Assembly: GCA_965644295.1 (NCBI GenBank)
Contig: CBFFRP010000433.1
Location: forward strand, 310,001 to 374,000
Source: Paraphysomonas bandaiensis
Taxonomy: Eukaryota; Protista; Chrysophyceae
Direction of reading: 5' to 3'
DNA: 64,000 bases
Shown here: positions 61,331 through 64,000 of the stretch, piece by piece
Position numbering within the stretch: the stretch's first letter is position 1
Layout of the letters: each line of letters opens with the position of its first letter
The notes under the pieces: model-generated
The model's database searches: none
The model's input: only the letters and a program-made list of their open reading frames with translations
Told to the model about the DNA's origin: nothing
Translations under genes and position numbers: made by a program

Positions 61331-62854
61331 ATGACACTTGAGGGTTATAAACTGCCTACAATATCCCCTTATCGTACTAAGAAATACCATAATCTTAAGA
61401 AAGAAGCAGAAGAAGATATCAAGTATATCCGTCATGCTGTTACTAAAATAATTAAAACAAAAAAAAGAAAGAAAAAGAATATATTTGGTGACTGTACGGT
61501 CGAGACGGATCACATGGATTTAAAGCATGATGAATGGGAAGTATGGGCCAGTAAACATAGCCGTACAATCAATAGTAAATTTACTACTAATGATATACGA
61601 CAATTAAGGAAATGGTTTGTAAGTTTAGATGTTAATAAAAGTGGTGGTGTGGGAGTGGAGGAGTTACTTGATCCTCTATTGTCTGCAGGGATATTAAAAT
61701 CTAAGATTGATGTAGATGTTCTGTTTAAGATGGCCGATACAGATGGGTCTGGTGAAATAGGTTTCCATGAGTTCCTGCATGCTCTAGAGGAGAATAAATT
61801 GTGTGATGCGACGAAGATATCATGTCTACAGAGGATTACAGAGTTATCAGATGAGGGTCTCTCTGCGGCTATGAAATTATCCATTGAACGTAGGAAACAT
61901 ATGATGACTACTGTAGTGGATGAAATGGCTCAACGACAGACAGAAATTGACTGTGCATATCTGCAACGAGAATTGAAGCGGTCATCAAATGACCCCAAGG
62001 CTGGAAGACGTATTGCCTTGCCGATGCTGGTACAGAAAAATCTTGCTTCCATGGTGGTCGAACATCATGCGCAGAAGAGAGATGCCCATCTATATCTTAC
62101 ATCCTTGGAAAAGGTGATAGAGTCACAACGTGATTCAATTAAGGCTGACGACGTTGTATCGTCTACCAAAATAGAAAAGAGATACGGTGTATATGATGAA
62201 ATCGCTCCAGATGATGAATTGGATACGGGGTATAGCGGGGGCGTAGCTGCTCGTCGTGAGTCTGTCACACGACTAAACGCTATTTCGAAAGACGTATATG
62301 GCAAAGGCACATACTCTATGCTTTGTAGGGGGGACTCGATTGATTATGAAGCCGAGTACAGTACCACATCCCTGTACGACGCGGTTGAGGTGGGCCAAAC
62401 CCCATCCATGGTAGTGGTCCCGAAGCGAATAACCACAAAAAGTTTATCGAGAAAGATATCTCATTCGACAAGTATGAATACTATGGGGGAAAGCGATGGC
62501 ATATGTCGTCAAGATTCTTACAGTTTTGATTATGATGACGGAAATAGTGAAGATGAAGGAGTGATCCATACTAATGGGCAAGTAGAAGATTCCGACAAAA
62601 TTAGTGGCGTATCATCACGCTCTCCATTCACACAAAACAGTAAAACAAAAGTGAGACGTTTAAAGAGTAAGCAACTCTCACGTTCACCGAGTAAGGTCCT
62701 TCGAACACAGAACTCAGGCTCCATTCTAAAACTCAGGAAGCAGACAAGTATCAGCGACTACCATCCACGTCAGAAGCTGAGCATCATTCGAATTATTCCG
62801 AAAACCGTTTTGCCAATAGAAGTTGATGATGAAGATCAAAAGCCATCATGTTGA
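61331..62854 (+). CDS. EF-hand calcium-binding protein with long disordered C-terminus
   Basis: Intronless 507 aa with paired EF-hand loops DVNKSGGVGVEEL and DTDGSGEIGFHEF. Confidence 0.85.
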   Translation: MTLEGYKLPTISPYRTKKYHNLKKEAEEDIKYIRHAVTKIIKTKKRKKKNIFGDCTVETDHMDLKHDEWEVWASKHSRTINSKFTTNDIRQLRKWFVSLDVNKSGGVGVEELLDPLLSAGILKSKIDVDVLFKMADTDGSGEIGFHEFLHALEENKLCDATKISCLQRITELSDEGLSAAMKLSIERRKHMMTTVVDEMAQRQTEIDCAYLQRELKRSSNDPKAGRRIALPMLVQKNLASMVVEHHAQKRDAHLYLTSLEKVIESQRDSIKADDVVSSTKIEKRYGVYDEIAPDDELDTGYSGGVAARRESVTRLNAISKDVYGKGTYSMLCRGDSIDYEAEYSTTSLYDAVEVGQTPSMVVVPKRITTKSLSRKISHSTSMNTMGESDGICRQDSYSFDYDDGNSEDEGVIHTNGQVEDSDKISGVSSRSPFTQNSKTKVRRLKSKQLSRSPSKVLRTQNSGSILKLRKQTSISDYHPRQKLSIIRIIPKTVLPIEVDDEDQKPSC

Positions 62855-64000
62855 GTTTTGCTGTTTGTGAGCAATTAAAAGCTGTAGTTTCCAAGATATT
62901 AGAATTATATCCGTTACTCAAAGAATACAGTAGTAGCTAGCTGTAGTATGAGAACCAATAATATGATAGCCATTGTAGTGATAAAACTGAAATATACTGA
63001 CTGTACAAGATAGTGACGATGTAAGATCGTACTAGAAATGGTTGGTGTAGTAGAGATAGAAAGAGTTGGTGAACGTCAATGAATGAAGTATGGTATCTCT
63101 CATAATTATATAATATTCCATATAAGTGTTAACGAAGGTCTTATTACTAAAAATGTCTATTTCTAACATGGTAGCGGATGGTAGTTCGGAGTGGAAACTT
63201 CTTCCCAAATTTGATCAGTTCGGTGTAGTGAATTGGTCAAAGAATCTGAAAGTGTGGTTGATGAGGAAGAACAGGAACCATCTGGGTCTAGAGGACCGTC
63301 CAGTAAGACCAGCAAATAATGCGCCAGTGACAGTCCGAAATAAGTACAAGGAGGATCTGGACAAGTGGCTGGAGAGGAAAGACACGTGCATCAGTTCGAT
63401 ATTTGAAGCTGTTCAACCAGTCGCTGAAGCCCTTGAGATCGTGGATCAGTACTTCCGGGAAAAGGATATGCTCCCGCAGGACCATCCTGATAAAGAGCAG
63501 TTAGCGAGTGAACTCATCTCTAGGTTAATTGTTCGGTTTCGAGGGGAAATCCAATATGAATTAGTTGAATTGAATAAGAAGTTTGCAGGATTCAAAATTC
63601 TACCGGGGGAACTCGTGTGCGCAGCAATCGATCGACTAAACGGCATCTGTCAAAAAATGTCCGAGTTGGGGGAACCACCCACTGACATCGCTAAAAAAAC
63701 GAAGTTACAGACTGCCCTCGAAACACGAAGCGATTTGGAGCAATTGTACACCAATCTCTACCTACAAGGTGACATAACCTTTATTGATATGATCACCATA
63801 TGCAGGAGATACGATCAGGCAAAAGGTGTCCCGAAAGAAGGCACCGACGAAGTAAACATGAATTCCACTGCTGATGAAAATGAGGTGTGCAGCTATCCCA
63901 AATGTGGCAAACGGGGTCACTCACAGAAATCGTGCTGGAAGAAGAAGAGAGATCTTAAGATTGCGAAATTAAGAAGGCAGGGAAAGAGTCGTGTTGCTAG
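62849..64000 (+). mobile_element. 5' part of a Ty1/copia LTR retrotransposon (putative 5' LTR 62849-63168, PBS from 63169, gag)
   Basis: TGTTGA...CTAACA bounded 320-bp segment is immediately followed by PBS TGGTAGCGGA (tRNA-iMet-like 3' end) and an open gag ORF. The LTR start is inferred because the 3' LTR is outside the window. Confidence 0.8.
63168..64000 (+). CDS. gag: Copia-type Gag (start of gag-pol), open to the window edge
   Basis: ATG at 63168 gives MVADGSSEWKLLPKFDQFGVVNWSKNLKVWL...FKILPGELVCAAIDRLNGI...CSYPKCGKRGHSQKSCWKK. No stop in 277 codons; CCHC zinc knuckle present. Missed by the ORF track because it lacks a stop codon. Confidence 0.85.
   Translation, partial: MVADGSSEWKLLPKFDQFGVVNWSKNLKVWLMRKNRNHLGLEDRPVRPANNAPVTVRNKYKEDLDKWLERKDTCISSIFEAVQPVAEALEIVDQYFREKDMLPQDHPDKEQLASELISRLIVRFRGEIQYELVELNKKFAGFKILPGELVCAAIDRLNGICQKMSELGEPPTDIAKKTKLQTALETRSDLEQLYTNLYLQGDITFIDMITICRRYDQAKGVPKEGTDEVNMNSTADENEVCSYPKCGKRGHSQKSCWKKKRDLKIAKLRRQGKSRVA

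Noticed and set aside
1-64000. CRISPR arrays, rRNA/tRNA genes, prokaryotic operons or an alternative genetic code
   Set aside because: None seen. The DNA is eukaryotic with spliceosomal introns, conserved genes end in TAA, TAG or TGA, and in-frame stops are confined to regions that also look decayed or frameshifted.

Overview
Compact, intron-rich eukaryotic DNA (about 38-40% GC by eye, short GT-AG introns, standard code). The gene content (PF16/SPAG6, a stramenopile-type LRR N-cap) suggests a flagellated stramenopile, possibly a chrysophyte; this is inference. About 16 intact-looking genes can be reconstructed: RNI-like LRR protein, spinster-like MFS transporter, membrane-anchored divergent CK1-family kinase, MOSC/mARC protein, SPAG6/PF16, 6TM K+ channel, ADCY10-type cyclase-STAND protein, bacterial-type GT2+GT4 glycosyltransferase, WW-IQ-coiled-coil protein, LRR-multipass membrane protein, Sec10/EXOC5, SNAPC4-like Myb protein, EF-hand protein and two unknown proteins, plus the ORF below. 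The standout is an intronless 1011-aa ORF (32022-35057, minus) with the domain order and signature motifs of SAMD9/SAMD9L-like antiviral proteins: AlbA_2/Schlafen nuclease, degenerate middle domain, Lys-less P-loop NTPase and TPR. It lies next to a decayed ORF carrying only the C-terminal domain of eIF4A and near the LRR receptor. Mobile DNA includes nested MITEs (one hAT MITE with a perfect 8-bp TSD), a hAT-like transposase relic, and the 5' end of a Ty1/copia element whose putative LTR supplies the stop codon of the EF-hand gene. Divergent promoters contain long (TACA)n arrays and/or about 10-bp phased A/T tracts. All homology calls are from motif recognition, not database searches.
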